Notes: generated from the sequence alone by a model not told the origin. DNA of 63,786 bases, filler included, from Craspedostauros australis (GCA_030167865.1; 5 parts of 5 records of this genome joined end to end with filler, not necessarily neighbours in it), one strand, 5' to 3'; shown: positions 23,484-35,471, numbered from the whole stretch's first letter. Made by a program: numbers and translations.

Positions 23484-25214
23484 TTAGGCGCTCTTCTTGG
23501 CCTTTGCAAAACCGACAGTCTTGTCAACGTAGTTGAAGACGGTGTAGTACTCACGCATGAAGACATCTCCCAGGATCCACTGTGGGCCTGGTGCTGGGAA
23601 GTCCATGCCCATGAATGCGAAGAGACAGATGTTCTGGGATTGGATGATAAGCTTGGATCCTGGGATGGTGTAGTCGTTGCCGTCGATGGTGAAGGTGATG
23701 TCTGGGAGGCTGTCGACCGTGGCACAATCGACGGTGTACTCGCCCATGATGTTTGGCTTGGCGCCGAGCATGGAGGCGATCTTGGCGACCTCGACCTTTG
23801 GTCCGGTCATGAGGGATGTTCCGGAGTCGACGATGGCTGTGATTGGCTCCTCGGATTCGTGCGAGTACGATCCGCAGGTGACCTTGTCCATGGTGATTTG
23901 CCAGTAGGTGGCGGCGTCGAGCTTGACGTACTGCAGCTCGCCCTCGAACTTGCTGGCATCGTACCCTCCGAAGGTCAATTCGCCTGGAACGTTGTCGCCC
24001 AAGTAGAAGGAGAAGATTGGCAGGTCGACCTTGTTCTGCTTGATGGCATTCTCGAAGACAGTTGGGGCACCGTCGATGGAGATGGAGGTGAAGCCAAGTC
24101 CGAGGATACCATCGAACTTTCCGAGGGCGTAGGCCATGCCAAGGCCTCCAGCATCCTGGATCTCGGCAAAGCGCTGGGAGTTGATCACGATATCATCAGC
24201 GATGGTGACGTCATCAGCAGAAAAGTATCCAGAGACGCTGCCGGAGCCGTACATGATGTCAAAGTCCTTGCCATCCTCCTCGTAGGTGGAGCTGGAGCTG
24301 TGATCGTACTTGTGCTTCTTGCCGAAGATTGGGTTGCCGCAGTGCTTGCAGCCAACCTTTGGAACCCAGAGGTTGGAGGAGCCGGTGTCGAAGATGACCT
24401 CGAACGATTGCGGTGGGCTGCCGATGGAGACGCTTCCGTAGTACTGCGCGTTGCCGTAATCCTTGATGATCTCACTTTCTGGACCATCGTTCAGCTTGAG
24501 GACCTCCGCGTCTTCGTTGTCACTTCCGCGCAGCAGCTTGCGAGAGGAGGAGCTGTGCTTCTCCACCACCTCGTTCAAGGTAAGTTTGGCCTGGAGGGCG
24601 TCGCGCTCGCGCTTGAGATGGGCGACGATGAGCTCGTCATCAGGACGCTTGTGCAAGCGGACGGTGCTGGAGGCCGAAACGGCGATGGTGTTTGCGAGGA
24701 GCAAGGATGCGGCGGCTGTACGGGCATGGAAGCACGACCCAATGGAGAAATACGGACGTGAGGAGGCGGTATGGAATCGTTGTGAACAGCATCACGCCAT
24801 GGGAACAATTGGTGCAGAGTCGTTTTGTGAGGAATGGAAACATGGCCACATCGATGCTTCTGCCATCGTGGTCGCAGCAGTCACCCGCGCACACGCATGG
24901 CATGGCATGCAGGAGTGTCGTTGTTGTCATGCTCGTACTCATGCTCACCCTCATGCTCACTCTCAAGCACGAGCTCACCCAATTCAACGCCCAAACAGCA
25001 ATGCTTCTTGCACCCCTCTGAACGAAAGAGGCGAAGGATCCAACGGAAGCCAAATGGCATCAATCAATCACGGCTCCATCGCCATCGCGGCCGCCAGCAT
25101 TACCAATCGATGGATCCATCTCCATCTTCCAGCACAACGATCACACACGCAGGCGTGTAGAGCCGCGCCTAATGGTCATCATCTTCATCGCCCCCACTCA
25201 CCGATGAACTTCAT
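23484..25214 (-). CDS. Cathepsin D/pepsin-family (A1) aspartic protease; 2 exons (25214-25202, 24715-23484), 414 aa
   Basis: Catalytic DTGSS and DSGTS, FDGILGLGF, WILGDVFM. A 13-nt first exon (ATGAAGTTCATCG|GTGAGT...TACAG) restores the signal peptide MKFIAAASLLLANTIAVSA. Confidence 0.95.
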
Positions 25215-25846
25215 GATGGATGCTTTGTTGTTTGTTCGGCGGTTTCTTGATTTTATGACACGCGGAGAGGAAGGTCGGAACGTGTCCCATCAACGAAGTC
25301 TTCACCCAACGAACATCAAAGAAAACACGAATCATGGCCATCCTGATTGGAAATGTTCGTGGGATTCAGTAAAGTGATTCAACCGACCAAAAACGGAAAC
25401 GCGAGTCCGAACAAAGGATACTGTACCAAACCTAGAGTCTACATTGCGATTGGACATCCGCACGAGGCACACGACGCAGATGACACACACACCTCACGAA
25501 AGAATGAGGAAACAGACCCTCCGCCGCATGACTCGTCAAGAGATGTCCATTCCTCCAAGGGATTGGGGAGGATCGTACCATACGCACACACGCCGACTCG
25601 TTGCTGCTACCCTCATGGATTCACGACACGCACTCTCCAGTACATTGTAACACTCGTTTATGTTGTATAATATAATAGTTCGTGCTATACTTGTGCTCTT
25701 ATACCTAGTATATATCCATACAGAAAAAGGAGACGGCGCTGGATCTTAACACAGCTGCCGTCCCACATAGATTCGCTGGCCAGCACACGGTGCTCCCCCA
25801 GCCAACGATTGGCCGTGCTCGCTGCCTTCCATCTCTGAACCGCCGT

Positions 25847-27064
25847 TTAGTACACGGGAAGTCCAAGCTGAACGAAGCTGTCCAGGATGGAGGCGTCGCG
25901 TTGGTTCATGACGGAATGGAAGTACTCGCTCTCCATCCATTCGATGTAAAGCTCCCGCGATGGGAATTCCAGAAGGTAGATCTGCTGGAATTCCTTGGGA
26001 CCGCCGTTGACGCTGATGGTGTTGCCGCAGTACTTCATGGTGATGTTGTAGGAGAAGAGGGCCTGCACGAATGCCTTGGTGTACAGCGCGTTGGCCTTCT
26101 TGCCGCGGTCTGTGGCCGTGTCCTTCGTGAGGAGCTGCAGCATGTAGCAGGGCTGGTTGGGAGCGTTCGCGACGCGGCCCTTGTAGTTCTCCATTCCGGT
26201 GTCGCCGTTGGATTGCTTGAGGTCGTAGTGCATGTCCGTCCTGCGCTGCTCCGGCGTCGCGGGCGTCTCGCAGTCCACGTGGTATCCGAGCCAGCGGTAG
26301 ATGTTCTTGAGGGTGGGGACCACCCAGTCGATGTACATGCTGTTCTGCTCGAACGCAAATACATGCGGTTCAAATTTAGCTTTGGTGGTGCTGACGCTGG
26401 TCTCTGCTTTGGTGTTAGGTTCGGTCGCCTTGATCTTGCCGTCGTCATTATTTTCGGTTGCGGCGGCAGGAGCAACAGCGTCACTTTCAGTCGCAGTCGC
26501 AGCCGCAGGTTTGGCATCCTTGGGCTTGTCGTCTCCATTTTCGGCCGACGACTCGCCGCCGCTGACTTCGGATGGTTGATCACCTTCGGCCTTGGCGGCG
26601 TCTTCCTTCTTCTGGTCTTGCGCCACCACGGCCGTCACCACGGCCGGAACGTCCGCATTGACCAGCTGCTGCTGCGCCTCGTCATACTCCTTCTGACATG
26701 TCTTGAGGGCATCCTGATATTCCTTGCTCTTGACGGCCTTTTGGTACACCTTCAGGTTGCGGAACTTGAGGACGATGGAATCGGTCGGACCGTGCGGCAT
26801 GTGCTCGTCAATGTCGGTGATCAGCTTGGCATCCAACTTGTGCTGCATCTGCACGATCGTGCGCGATGCGTGGATGGTGACATCACCCGCGAGGATGGGC
26901 AAGACGGATTCGCCACCATGCTTCTTCAGAGCATAGCGAAGTTCCGCGATGCTCCTGGGTGGCAGGGATGAAATGCGATTCGAGAAGTGATGTCCATTCG
27001 GTTGTGGCGATGGTCCCGCTGACGTGCAGTGGGTGGGGAGCATGGTGATGACGAAGAGAGGCAT
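25847..27064 (-). CDS. Protein with two DUF1330-like (dimeric alpha-beta barrel) domains joined by an Ala/Glu/Thr-rich linker
   Basis: Two similar segments, DSIVLKFRNLKVYQKAVKSKEYQ and QIYLLEFPSRELYIEWMESEYFHSVMNQR, resemble the DUF1330 ..EFPS.E....W..S.EYQ.....R motif. Confidence 0.62.
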   Translation of the reverse strand: MPLFVITMLPTHCTSAGPSPQPNGHHFSNRISSLPPRSIAELRYALKKHGGESVLPILAGDVTIHASRTIVQMQHKLDAKLITDIDEHMPHGPTDSIVLKFRNLKVYQKAVKSKEYQDALKTCQKEYDEAQQQLVNADVPAVVTAVVAQDQKKEDAAKAEGDQPSEVSGGESSAENGDDKPKDAKPAAATATESDAVAPAAATENNDDGKIKATEPNTKAETSVSTTKAKFEPHVFAFEQNSMYIDWVVPTLKNIYRWLGYHVDCETPATPEQRRTDMHYDLKQSNGDTGMENYKGRVANAPNQPCYMLQLLTKDTATDRGKKANALYTKAFVQALFSYNITMKYCGNTISVNGGPKEFQQIYLLEFPSRELYIEWMESEYFHSVMNQRDASILDSFVQLGLPVY

Positions 27065-28536
27065 GGTTGTCTGTGTCCGTATTTGTGAATGTGCGTGCGT
27101 GCGTGTCTTTGAAATCAACTTGAACTTGAACTTGAGCTCTGGTTGTGTGTGGCTGATGCTGGTTCTGAAATTATGAGAAGCCGTGGGTGATCCGTGATGC
27201 TGACTTGTGTGTTTCTGGTGATGTCAGAGATCTGCACAGCACCAACAAGCAGAGCGGCAATGAAATGCGGAAATGCAACTGGTGAGATGGTATTGCAGAA
27301 TGTATGATAACGCTTGTTTCCGCACTCGTGCAAGCAGATGAGTTGTAAGTGAAGCAGATACGAGGCGAGAGAAGACGGAATCAGGGCAATGATGCAATGA
27401 AGGCAGAGCCTCACTGGCCATGTTTGGCTTGCAATCGTTCCATTGCATTACGTGGCATTGATCACACTTCGTGGATCTCACATGAGAGAAGGTTGACATG
27501 TGCTCAACACAATACAGTGTGCATCTCGCGAAAGGCGAAAATCTTGATGGCGCACCCATGCCCACACATCCATTCACACACGCAAAAAGATCTGGCGAGA
27601 GCGCAAACCATGGGCGTGCGTTGCTCCTGCGGCATACAATACAATACAGGACAGCGATCGTCCTGCACAAACGAGATGACGAAGTCCTTCGTCCATGAAC
27701 ATACCTCTGGTGGATGAACCGCGCGGATGCAGAGCTTGCTCTGTTGTGGCATGGAAGGAATTGTTGGGCCAAGGCGATTTTGTGAGAGTGGGACGGATCG
27801 CACCCGAGAGGTTTGTTGTGAGAAGTGGTTGTTCTGTGGAAACCTGGTGAGAGTATGCGCGTCCAGTGAACCGGCAGCCGTGCGAATGCGGTGCAATTGG
27901 TGCAACTGAGGGATTTGGTTGGGTGTGTGTGTGGTGTGAATCTTCTTCCTTTTGCTTTTCTTGTCTTTGTGAGTTGTGTGTGGTGTGGTGGGTTGCGGAT
28001 GTGCGCTTCTGTTTGGCAACTCTCTGCTCTCATCCTCCTTCCGGCTCGTACAGCACGTTGCTTCGAGTTGGATACGAACTACTTTCCTCTTTCTCTCGTT
28101 GCGCCCACACCCTTCTGGGAGTCATCGTAAAAGTTACAAAATAAAACGTTTTGTATTTAGGTCACGAATTATCAACGTTTCGTTACAGTCGAGTAAATCG
28201 ACAACGGCAATCCCTTTGGTGGTCGGATGGCGACTGTGGCAAGTCAGGTTTGTTGTGTTCGTTCCTGTTGCTACTATCGGTGTTGGCTTATTCTAGTAGC
28301 GCACTGACTTGGTTCTGTTTGTTTGTGGGTGTTGTTGTTGATGTGTGTGTGTGTGTGTATGTGTGTGTTTTGGTTGGTGCTCATTTGTTGCCCATTGTGC
28401 GCTTTTCACTGCCTGATGTGTTGTTGAGCGAGCATCCTCTTGTAACATGAAATTGGTTGGGGCTCATGTATGCACTGTTGATGCAAGTCCATCCTCAGAG
28501 ACAGCAGCTGAATGACCTCCTGTTGTGACAGAGATT

Positions 28537-28636
28537 NNNNNNNNNNNNNNNNNNNNNNNNNNNNNNNNNNNNNNNNNNNNTTAATTAATTAANNNNNNNN
28601 NNNNNNNNNNNNNNNNNNNNNNNNNNNNNNNNNNNN
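28537..28636. other. Artificial scaffold spacer (N44-TTAATTAATTAA-N44)
   Basis: 100-bp N block with a six-frame stop linker; identical copies at 55131, 57009 and 62481. Confidence 0.97.
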
Positions 28637-29820
28637 AGCAAGCACAAAAGGTTCATCCCACATGCCCCCCTTGCCTGTTTGAGTGAGTGTTGTTAGGGTG
28701 TCCTGATTACGGGGTAGTAAATTTAGTGCTACGTTTTGCTGTTGGAGGTTTGAAGGACTACCTTGTTGTGGTTGCATGTGGGACGCACTGAATAGCCAGT
28801 CCAGGAGGACGAAGGAGACGAGGAGACACCAACGCTTGCCCAAGAGAGTCCCGGTTTACATCATGAACAAACGAATGGCAACATCAGCAAGGCATCTTGG
28901 CCACCCAACCACAACGACGTAGAGCGGAGGGACGGGTTTGTGGTCGCCACCACTGTCCACTACGGTTGGCGTGCCAGCGCCATGGGGTCATCAGCAAAGA
29001 ATGCGGTCATCATCGCGAGGAACGTTGGGGAGTCACGCGACGCTCAGGCAGGCACGAACAAAAAGAATGTGACCTTTTCTCGTGTTGAGTTCTGCAGTTG
29101 GCGAATCGAAGCCAATGAGTCTCTGGAGCACGAGGTATGGCGCATATTGTTGGGAGCCCTTCACCTGAATCAAACGTGGTGTGAACAGGAACCCCACGAG
29201 CAGGAAGCGGAAGAACGCAAACGGCTGTTGCGAATCAAGATTTGTGCGGAAAGCGAGGCTGTCGTACGGGACTGCCATATTGGCAAGAAGACAGCGCTGC
29301 GATGTCGTGGGTCTGGAAATTGGCATGTCTTGGAGCAGACACGACAGGGGTTGAACGAGCGCGAAGCGGACGTCATTGGCATTGGCACACAGTGCAGGAC
29401 ATGTCGAGCACGTACGTAAATAAGCGCAACGTCATGTTGACACGGGAAAGGCGTGCTCTAGTAATCCCATTAGTGCTTGACTCGACAGATCCCAAAACCG
29501 TACAACACGCCTCAAGCGTGAGCAAAGCAAAATCCGACCATTATATGGTCTTTACCGCGGTTCCCTTGCGCAACCAAGACACGATCCACGTTGCGTGATG
29601 TCCATCACATTGGCGGTGGTGCACACGTCGCATTGGCGGTGGTGTCCACATCACAGAGAGACAATTTCACCGGCTATTGTGCGAGCCGCTCAATCAGATC
29701 ATCTTCGCTCTCTGATCATGTTTACGGTCGTGGTCGTGTTCGTACATCTCAAACACCTGTGCTCCACATCTCCATAAAATTCAATTGAGCCAAACTCTGA
29801 AACGCCCAAAAACACGCACA

Positions 29821-29868
29821 CATCACTCATTACATCACTCATTACATCACCCATTACATCACCCATCA
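29821..29868 (+). repeat. 12-bp tandem repeat x4 (CATCACYCATTA) 50 bp upstream of the kinase ATG
   Basis: catcactcatta catcactcatta catcacccatta catcacccatca. Confidence 0.9.
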
Positions 29869-29917
29869 ACTCAATTCGACTCACAAAATACAAAAAAACT
29901 CTTGAAGCGATTCAGCA

Positions 29918-31234
29918 ATGGTCCCAAACACAGAATCCATGTCTTTCCCTGCTCCGTTGACAACACTGAGACCCACCAAGTCGTTGGGATACAACGATGA
30001 TGGATCCATGGCATTCCAGACGCCAGGATCGTACGCCGAAGGCAAGCTCGATTTCGCAGAGACGCACTCGCAGCTGCCTCGCAAGTCCATCCGGACCATC
30101 AACTGGAAGGATCTGCGACTGCGCGAGAAGCTGGGATCCGGCGCCTTCTGCGACGCCCACATGGCGCAGGTGCAGCAGTACAGCGACGGCACGAAGCCCA
30201 ACAAGCAGGCGCTGGCCGTGAAGGTGCTGGGAACCAACGCTCTGCACCACAGAAACTCATGCCATCTCAAGATGGCGGCCGCCGATCTGGTGCTGGAAGG
30301 CGCCGTTCTCTCCAAGCTCGACCATCCCAACATCATCAAGCTCCACGGCGTCTCATCGTCACCCATCTCCAACGCATTCGAGCAGTCCAACAGGTACTTC
30401 CTCGCCCTCGATCTCCTCGAATGCACACTCACCGACCGGCTCAAGGGATGGCGATCATCCAACTCCTCAATGCACCGACGGACGCTCATGCCACCTGCAT
30501 TCGCCTCGCAGACCAGCCGACGAGCCGTGCTGCAACGCGTTGAGCAGGTTGCGCTGGGCGTCGCCATGGGAATGGACTACCTGCACTCGCGCAACGTCGT
30601 CATCCGCGATCTCAAGCCATGCAACGTCGGCTTCGACCACAGCGGCAACGTCAAGCTCTTCGACTTTGGCTTTGCCCGCGAGCTGCATACGTGTCCCAAG
30701 GAGATCGCAGGATCGCTGCGGTACATGGCGCCGGAAGTGTCCAAGGGCAACGTGTCGTTGAAGGTCGATGTCTACTCCTTCGGTGTCCTGCTGTGGGAGC
30801 TGTGCACGCTGAAGAAGCCGTACGCACCGTACAAGGACACGAAGACGTTCAAGGAGAAGGTGTTCGATCAGAGATGCCGTCCGCAGTTGCGCGGCATCCC
30901 GTCCGGCACCCTGAAACGTCTCATCGCATCGTGCTGGGATGAATGTCCTGAGGTTCGACCAGACTTTGCGCAGATCGTGCGCACGTTGATCACTCTGCTG
31001 CAGCGCGAAAACCCAGAGTTCCAGGTCCCCAAGCACGCATCCTTCCAGGGCCGCGGCAGAAGCGTGGAACGCGCTACACGACGCCGAATGCGGCTGCGAT
31101 CACCCATCAGGGCCACGTCTACACACACGCGATCCACACCACTGCGGAAGATGCTATCCGGCATGGTCTTCAAGGACACCTCGCGTGAACCGAACGTCGC
31201 TGAGAGCGAGGAAATGCTGTCCAGATCCTTCTAA
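29918..31234 (+). CDS. Ser/Thr protein kinase (TKL-like)
   Basis: LGSGAF, AVK, RDLKPCN, DFG, GSLRYMAPE, DVYSFGVLLWE, CW...RP. Confidence 0.93.
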   Translation: MVPNTESMSFPAPLTTLRPTKSLGYNDDGSMAFQTPGSYAEGKLDFAETHSQLPRKSIRTINWKDLRLREKLGSGAFCDAHMAQVQQYSDGTKPNKQALAVKVLGTNALHHRNSCHLKMAAADLVLEGAVLSKLDHPNIIKLHGVSSSPISNAFEQSNRYFLALDLLECTLTDRLKGWRSSNSSMHRRTLMPPAFASQTSRRAVLQRVEQVALGVAMGMDYLHSRNVVIRDLKPCNVGFDHSGNVKLFDFGFARELHTCPKEIAGSLRYMAPEVSKGNVSLKVDVYSFGVLLWELCTLKKPYAPYKDTKTFKEKVFDQRCRPQLRGIPSGTLKRLIASCWDECPEVRPDFAQIVRTLITLLQRENPEFQVPKHASFQGRGRSVERATRRRMRLRSPIRATSTHTRSTPLRKMLSGMVFKDTSREPNVAESEEMLSRSF

Positions 31235-31977
31235 ATCACTGGAACATGCGAGTAGAGTAGATCGTGGAGGAGCGTCCCAACGTCCATGCACGCCGCGCTG
31301 CGTGAGACCAGAACAACGCAATTGTACCTGAGTTTGTACTAATAGCATAATCTCTCATTCTTGCACATTGATAAGAACCGCAACTGTTTGCAGAAACGAA
31401 ATAGCGCAAAGACAGGCATAAACAATGTTATCCATGATAACAAAAGGCAGGACTCTGCGGGTATGTGTGGCTTCCTGCGTCAAAGGCATCGCTGTTGTCC
31501 CTGTTGTTGTCGTTACTGCATTCTTCTTCGAAGATAGTACGTATATCTACATAGGGAAGCTAGAGAGAGATTTGATCCAGAAAACGAAAAAAGGGTGTTG
31601 TGTATGTCCCATGCGACAAATTCCACCCCGATGGACTAGAACGAACAAACGTTGCGATTCCGAATTCTACTATCGACAACTTCGACTGCAGCAGACTTTT
31701 TGACGGCAGCGCGCTTCGTCACGTGCTTTCGCATGGTGTTGCTTGTGTTGGTCCTTGACGATGGCAACAAAACAACGGCGCACCGCTCCAAACGACACGC
31801 AGCAGAAAAGAGCATGACGCAAACAGCCAACAAGCAGCAAGCAAGGACGACGCCAAGAAGGAAGCAACCAAGGCAGTCAAACAGAGCCAAACAGACGCAG
31901 CAACGCAACAACGCAGCGCATCACAGAGCAACCCAAACACACACCCACCCACACAACGAAGAGAAGAATCGGTAACC

Positions 31978-32855
31978 ATGACGAAGCTTTCTTTTTCCAA
32001 TTACGGAGAGTTGACACAGACCCGTGCCAACGAGGTCTTCGAGAGCCACAAGAAGTACTTGGAATGGCGCAAGACCGAGTGGGCCACCCGCGGACCAGAG
32101 GCATTGGCCAAGCGCCAAGCCGCCCGCGCTGCCAACGGCACTTGGCGCCAGATGAAGGGATTTGACCTGTTCCGTCACGAGGTCAGCCACTTCGGAAACC
32201 GTCCATTTGCCATCGGTGTCGGGTGAGTGTTATGCAGCGTTACATTATATTGCATACCTGTTGCATTTATGTTACATTTATGTTGCCTGACAGGGAGGTT
32301 GGGGTCGCATTGGAGCTCGAGACGATTTGGAGGAGTGGAGGGACTGCGTGGGTTTGGAATAGATGATGTTGCAAGAAGGCATCAAGAACCAAAATGATAG
32401 CAACAGATTCAATTCCACACACACGCAGACACATGCAGATGTGGATGTGGATGCGAGGACCGATATCGTTGTCGTCATCTTGTTGGGAGAGTCCACATAT
32501 GACTCTAGGCTCGTCTACTCTGTCCAGGAAAGGTGATGGTGGCAACAGAACGAAATACAGTGTGGCGTATCGTCAGTGAAGATACCATCCACACTCTTTC
32601 TACACTTGTCGTCTAACCATTGTTCCAATCTTGCTGTCGTCATCTCTCCATCCCACCTCCAATGCAACCACGCAACAACAAATGCAACTCTTGATGCATT
32701 GTGAACAATACAATACGATACATTCCATCTTGCAATGCCATACTCGTACGCAAACTATCAGTGTCATGTCCGGCCTCTACCTGATCGCCTTTGCCTCCCA
32801 GTCCTCGGACTACCGCAAGGAGTCTGAATACTGGACCAAGTACCACAGCAAGTAA
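31978..32855 (+). CDS. Small single-TM protein, candidate mitochondrial ATP synthase subunit i/j (plant 6 kDa-like); 2 exons (31978-32222, 32762-32855), 112 aa
   Basis: Phase-2 intron 32223-32761 (GTGAGT...ATCAG) gives ...LFRHEVSHFGNRPFAIGVGVMSGLYLIAFASQSSDYRKESEYWTKYHSK. Strong codon bias supports the gene model; the function is an inference. Confidence 0.7.
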
Positions 32856-33192
32856 GCGACTATTCTGTTCTCTTTCTCTCTCCCTACTCGTTGAGAGACG
32901 AGTTCATAGAGCAGCACGACGCTGTGAGCCGCGCATCGCGAACATCGAATCAACTCAAAGTCTACTCTCATAGCTCGTAGATTATACTCTAGAGTAGAAG
33001 TTGAATCACTTCCAACACGTCTATGTACAGCCGCTCTCAATGTACTCCATTGCTCGCAATTCTGTTCGACTGTTGCATACTCGCATTCGGACACTGGCGG
33101 CTGATTTGGTCGCATCACTGAAGAAATTTGAGTCCCTCTCTCGAGAGCATTAGTGGTGTAGATTGTAACAACCACTCACACAGTCCAGTTCC

Positions 33193-34557
33193 TCAATTGC
33201 CCATGTTCTGCAGTGCGCCCACGGGCAAAAGCTGGAATGCAGCAACGCCATGCGATTCGACGTCCGTGGTGAAGGAACCGGACCAGCTGCCCAGCTCCTT
33301 GTGCCACCACACGCAACGCACGTTCATCTTCGTCGTCGCTGCCAGTCCCAAATCCTCCCAGTGCGCAGTTATGTTGGCGCGAACGGGAGACCGGTTGAAC
33401 AGAACGAGAGCAATGTTGTGATCCGTCAGATTTCCAGCCCAGACCTGCAAGGGGCCTTCACTGCTAGACACACCAATGACGTCATCCTCATGCTTTTCAC
33501 GATGATCTGCGGCCATGTGACTTGCTTGCCGCAATTGCCGACGATTCAACGATGTCACCACGGCGGGCGTGCTGATTGTGCCGATTGCGCTGTTCGACTT
33601 GTACGTCGCCACCTTGTGTCCTTGGTGCCCAGCCTTGTCCTGATTCCATGCGATGACTTCGGGGTTGGTGATGATCTTCAGCACGTCATCGGAGAGATTG
33701 CGCAAGTCGTTGCCCAGCAGCAACGGTGCCTTGATCAAGCACCAAAGCGTGAAGTGGCTGCGGCTCTCCACCAGGTTGTTTTCCATCTCCCCGTTGCCGA
33801 CCTCCAGCATGTCCGGATCATTCCATCCGCCCGGACCGGCGCGATCGTACCACGCGTCGTTCTTATCCAGGATCTTCGTCCACGAATCCCATGTCGGCTT
33901 GATGTCACCGGTCGTGCGCCACGAGTTGCCCAGATCCGATGCCCACGTGGCCGGATCCTGCCAGCCCCATTCGCACATGCTGAAGAAGATGGGACGGCCC
34001 GTCGCATTCAAAGCATCGTGCATGGCAGTGTAGCGCGATCGCAACGTGAGGGGGTTGGAATAGCAGTTGTCGTACTTGAGGTAGTCGACGGTCCAGTTGG
34101 CGTACGTTGCGGCATCCTGGACCTCGTATCCCACCGATCCGGGGCGCCGCGCGCAGGTCATGTACCCCGCGTCGCTGTAGAGACCGAACAGCAATCCGCG
34201 TTGATGCATCTGATCGGCCAGATGCCGAATGCCCGATGGGAATTTGTCGGCATCGGCTTGGATGGTGCCATCCTGGGTGCGCGAGGTTTGCCAGCAATCA
34301 TCCAGGTTGATGTACTTGTATCCCGCGGCATCGAGCTTGTGCTGATGCAAGGCATCCGCGATCTGCAGCACGAGGCTTTCGTTGAGGTCGTCGCAACCGA
34401 AACGGTTCCAGCTGTTCCATCCCATGGGCGGTGTGAGACCGAGGCCGTTGTTCGCAGCTTCCACGAAGGTCGTCGATACCGATGATGGGTGGTGCAGAAT
34501 GGTCGAGAACGGATCCATGGCGAAGCTCGCCATCAACGCAATGAGAGTCGACTTCAT
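33193..34557 (-). CDS. Alpha-galactosidase / alpha-N-acetylgalactosaminidase (GH27), secreted
   Basis: TPPMGWNSWN, YINLDDCWQ, VDYLKYDNC, SWRTTGDI, GGWNDPDMLEVGN, KAPLLLGNDLR, plus a C-terminal beta-sandwich. Confidence 0.96.
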   Translation of the reverse strand: MKSTLIALMASFAMDPFSTILHHPSSVSTTFVEAANNGLGLTPPMGWNSWNRFGCDDLNESLVLQIADALHQHKLDAAGYKYINLDDCWQTSRTQDGTIQADADKFPSGIRHLADQMHQRGLLFGLYSDAGYMTCARRPGSVGYEVQDAATYANWTVDYLKYDNCYSNPLTLRSRYTAMHDALNATGRPIFFSMCEWGWQDPATWASDLGNSWRTTGDIKPTWDSWTKILDKNDAWYDRAGPGGWNDPDMLEVGNGEMENNLVESRSHFTLWCLIKAPLLLGNDLRNLSDDVLKIITNPEVIAWNQDKAGHQGHKVATYKSNSAIGTISTPAVVTSLNRRQLRQASHMAADHREKHEDDVIGVSSSEGPLQVWAGNLTDHNIALVLFNRSPVRANITAHWEDLGLAATTKMNVRCVWWHKELGSWSGSFTTDVESHGVAAFQLLPVGALQNMGN

Positions 34558-35471
34558 GATGCCTTGCCTTGCCTTTCCTTGATCTATGCAGTCTGCTTGG
34601 TTGGTTGGTTGGTTGGTTGGTGATTGATGTGGCTATGATTGCGAGGATGATTGTTGTGAGAAAGCTGGGGACGTATTGTTACGGCCACCATACCACCAAC
34701 AAGTATTGTCGACTGCGCAACTGTTGGAACACCCACGCGGAGAGAGGCAGAGCGCGGAGAAAGAAGAACAAAAGCATCAACGTGGAGAATCTGGAAAAGG
34801 GATCTTTGGCTTCTCTTTTCTGTGTCTCAACATTCACCATTTGTAAAATTCGGTTTTACAATGAAGGACCCATTTGGCAGCACAATTTGGGTTTTATTAA
34901 GTACCTTCCTTCCGGTGTTTTGGAAAAGAGCTATCGAGGTACGTGCAACACGCGCGTCGCGATGAATCAGCCACAGGTTTGCCAACGCACCATTCCACGT
35001 CAGACGATCATGATAAATCCAGGTGCGTTCGCCTCACAATTCTCGTGGACAAACCCCAGATTCTCGATTTCTCAAGCATCTTCGTGCGTAGCAAAAGATA
35101 CCAAAACGCACAGAGGAAAACTGAATGCTTCCGGCTGACAGCCAACCAACACTGGAATGTATGGTAACGACCTGCGCACTTGATGACGCACACCCTGATC
35201 AACTTCCATCAGTTACGATTGTTCTCTTCTCGTTTCTCTGCCGTGTTTTTCATCCCATCGTGTACAACAACGACTTGTACACCACTGGTTCGTGTTGCAA
35301 GCATCATGTTTCGCTCCACTCCTCGTCGTACCTGTTCCTGCTCTCGACGCACACTGGTGTGCATCTGAGTGTGTTCTGCTGTTTGTGCTGTTTGTCCTGT
35401 TCGTCCTCGCGCTTCTCATAAAAACACAACGACCGCAGCTCGACAACAGAATCCAAAAAGATACATTCAAG

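Noticed and set aside
28581..28592. Palindromic TTAATTAATTAA recurring four times
   Set aside because: Always centred in N44 blocks; an assembly linker with stops in all six frames, not biology.
28940..29419. 159-aa ORF after the first gap
   Set aside because: Non-ATG start and no recognisable domain; cannot support a gene or transposase call.
30595..30670. Kinase has IRD instead of HRD, possible pseudokinase
   Set aside because: Catalytic Lys, Asp, Asn, DFG and APE are all present.
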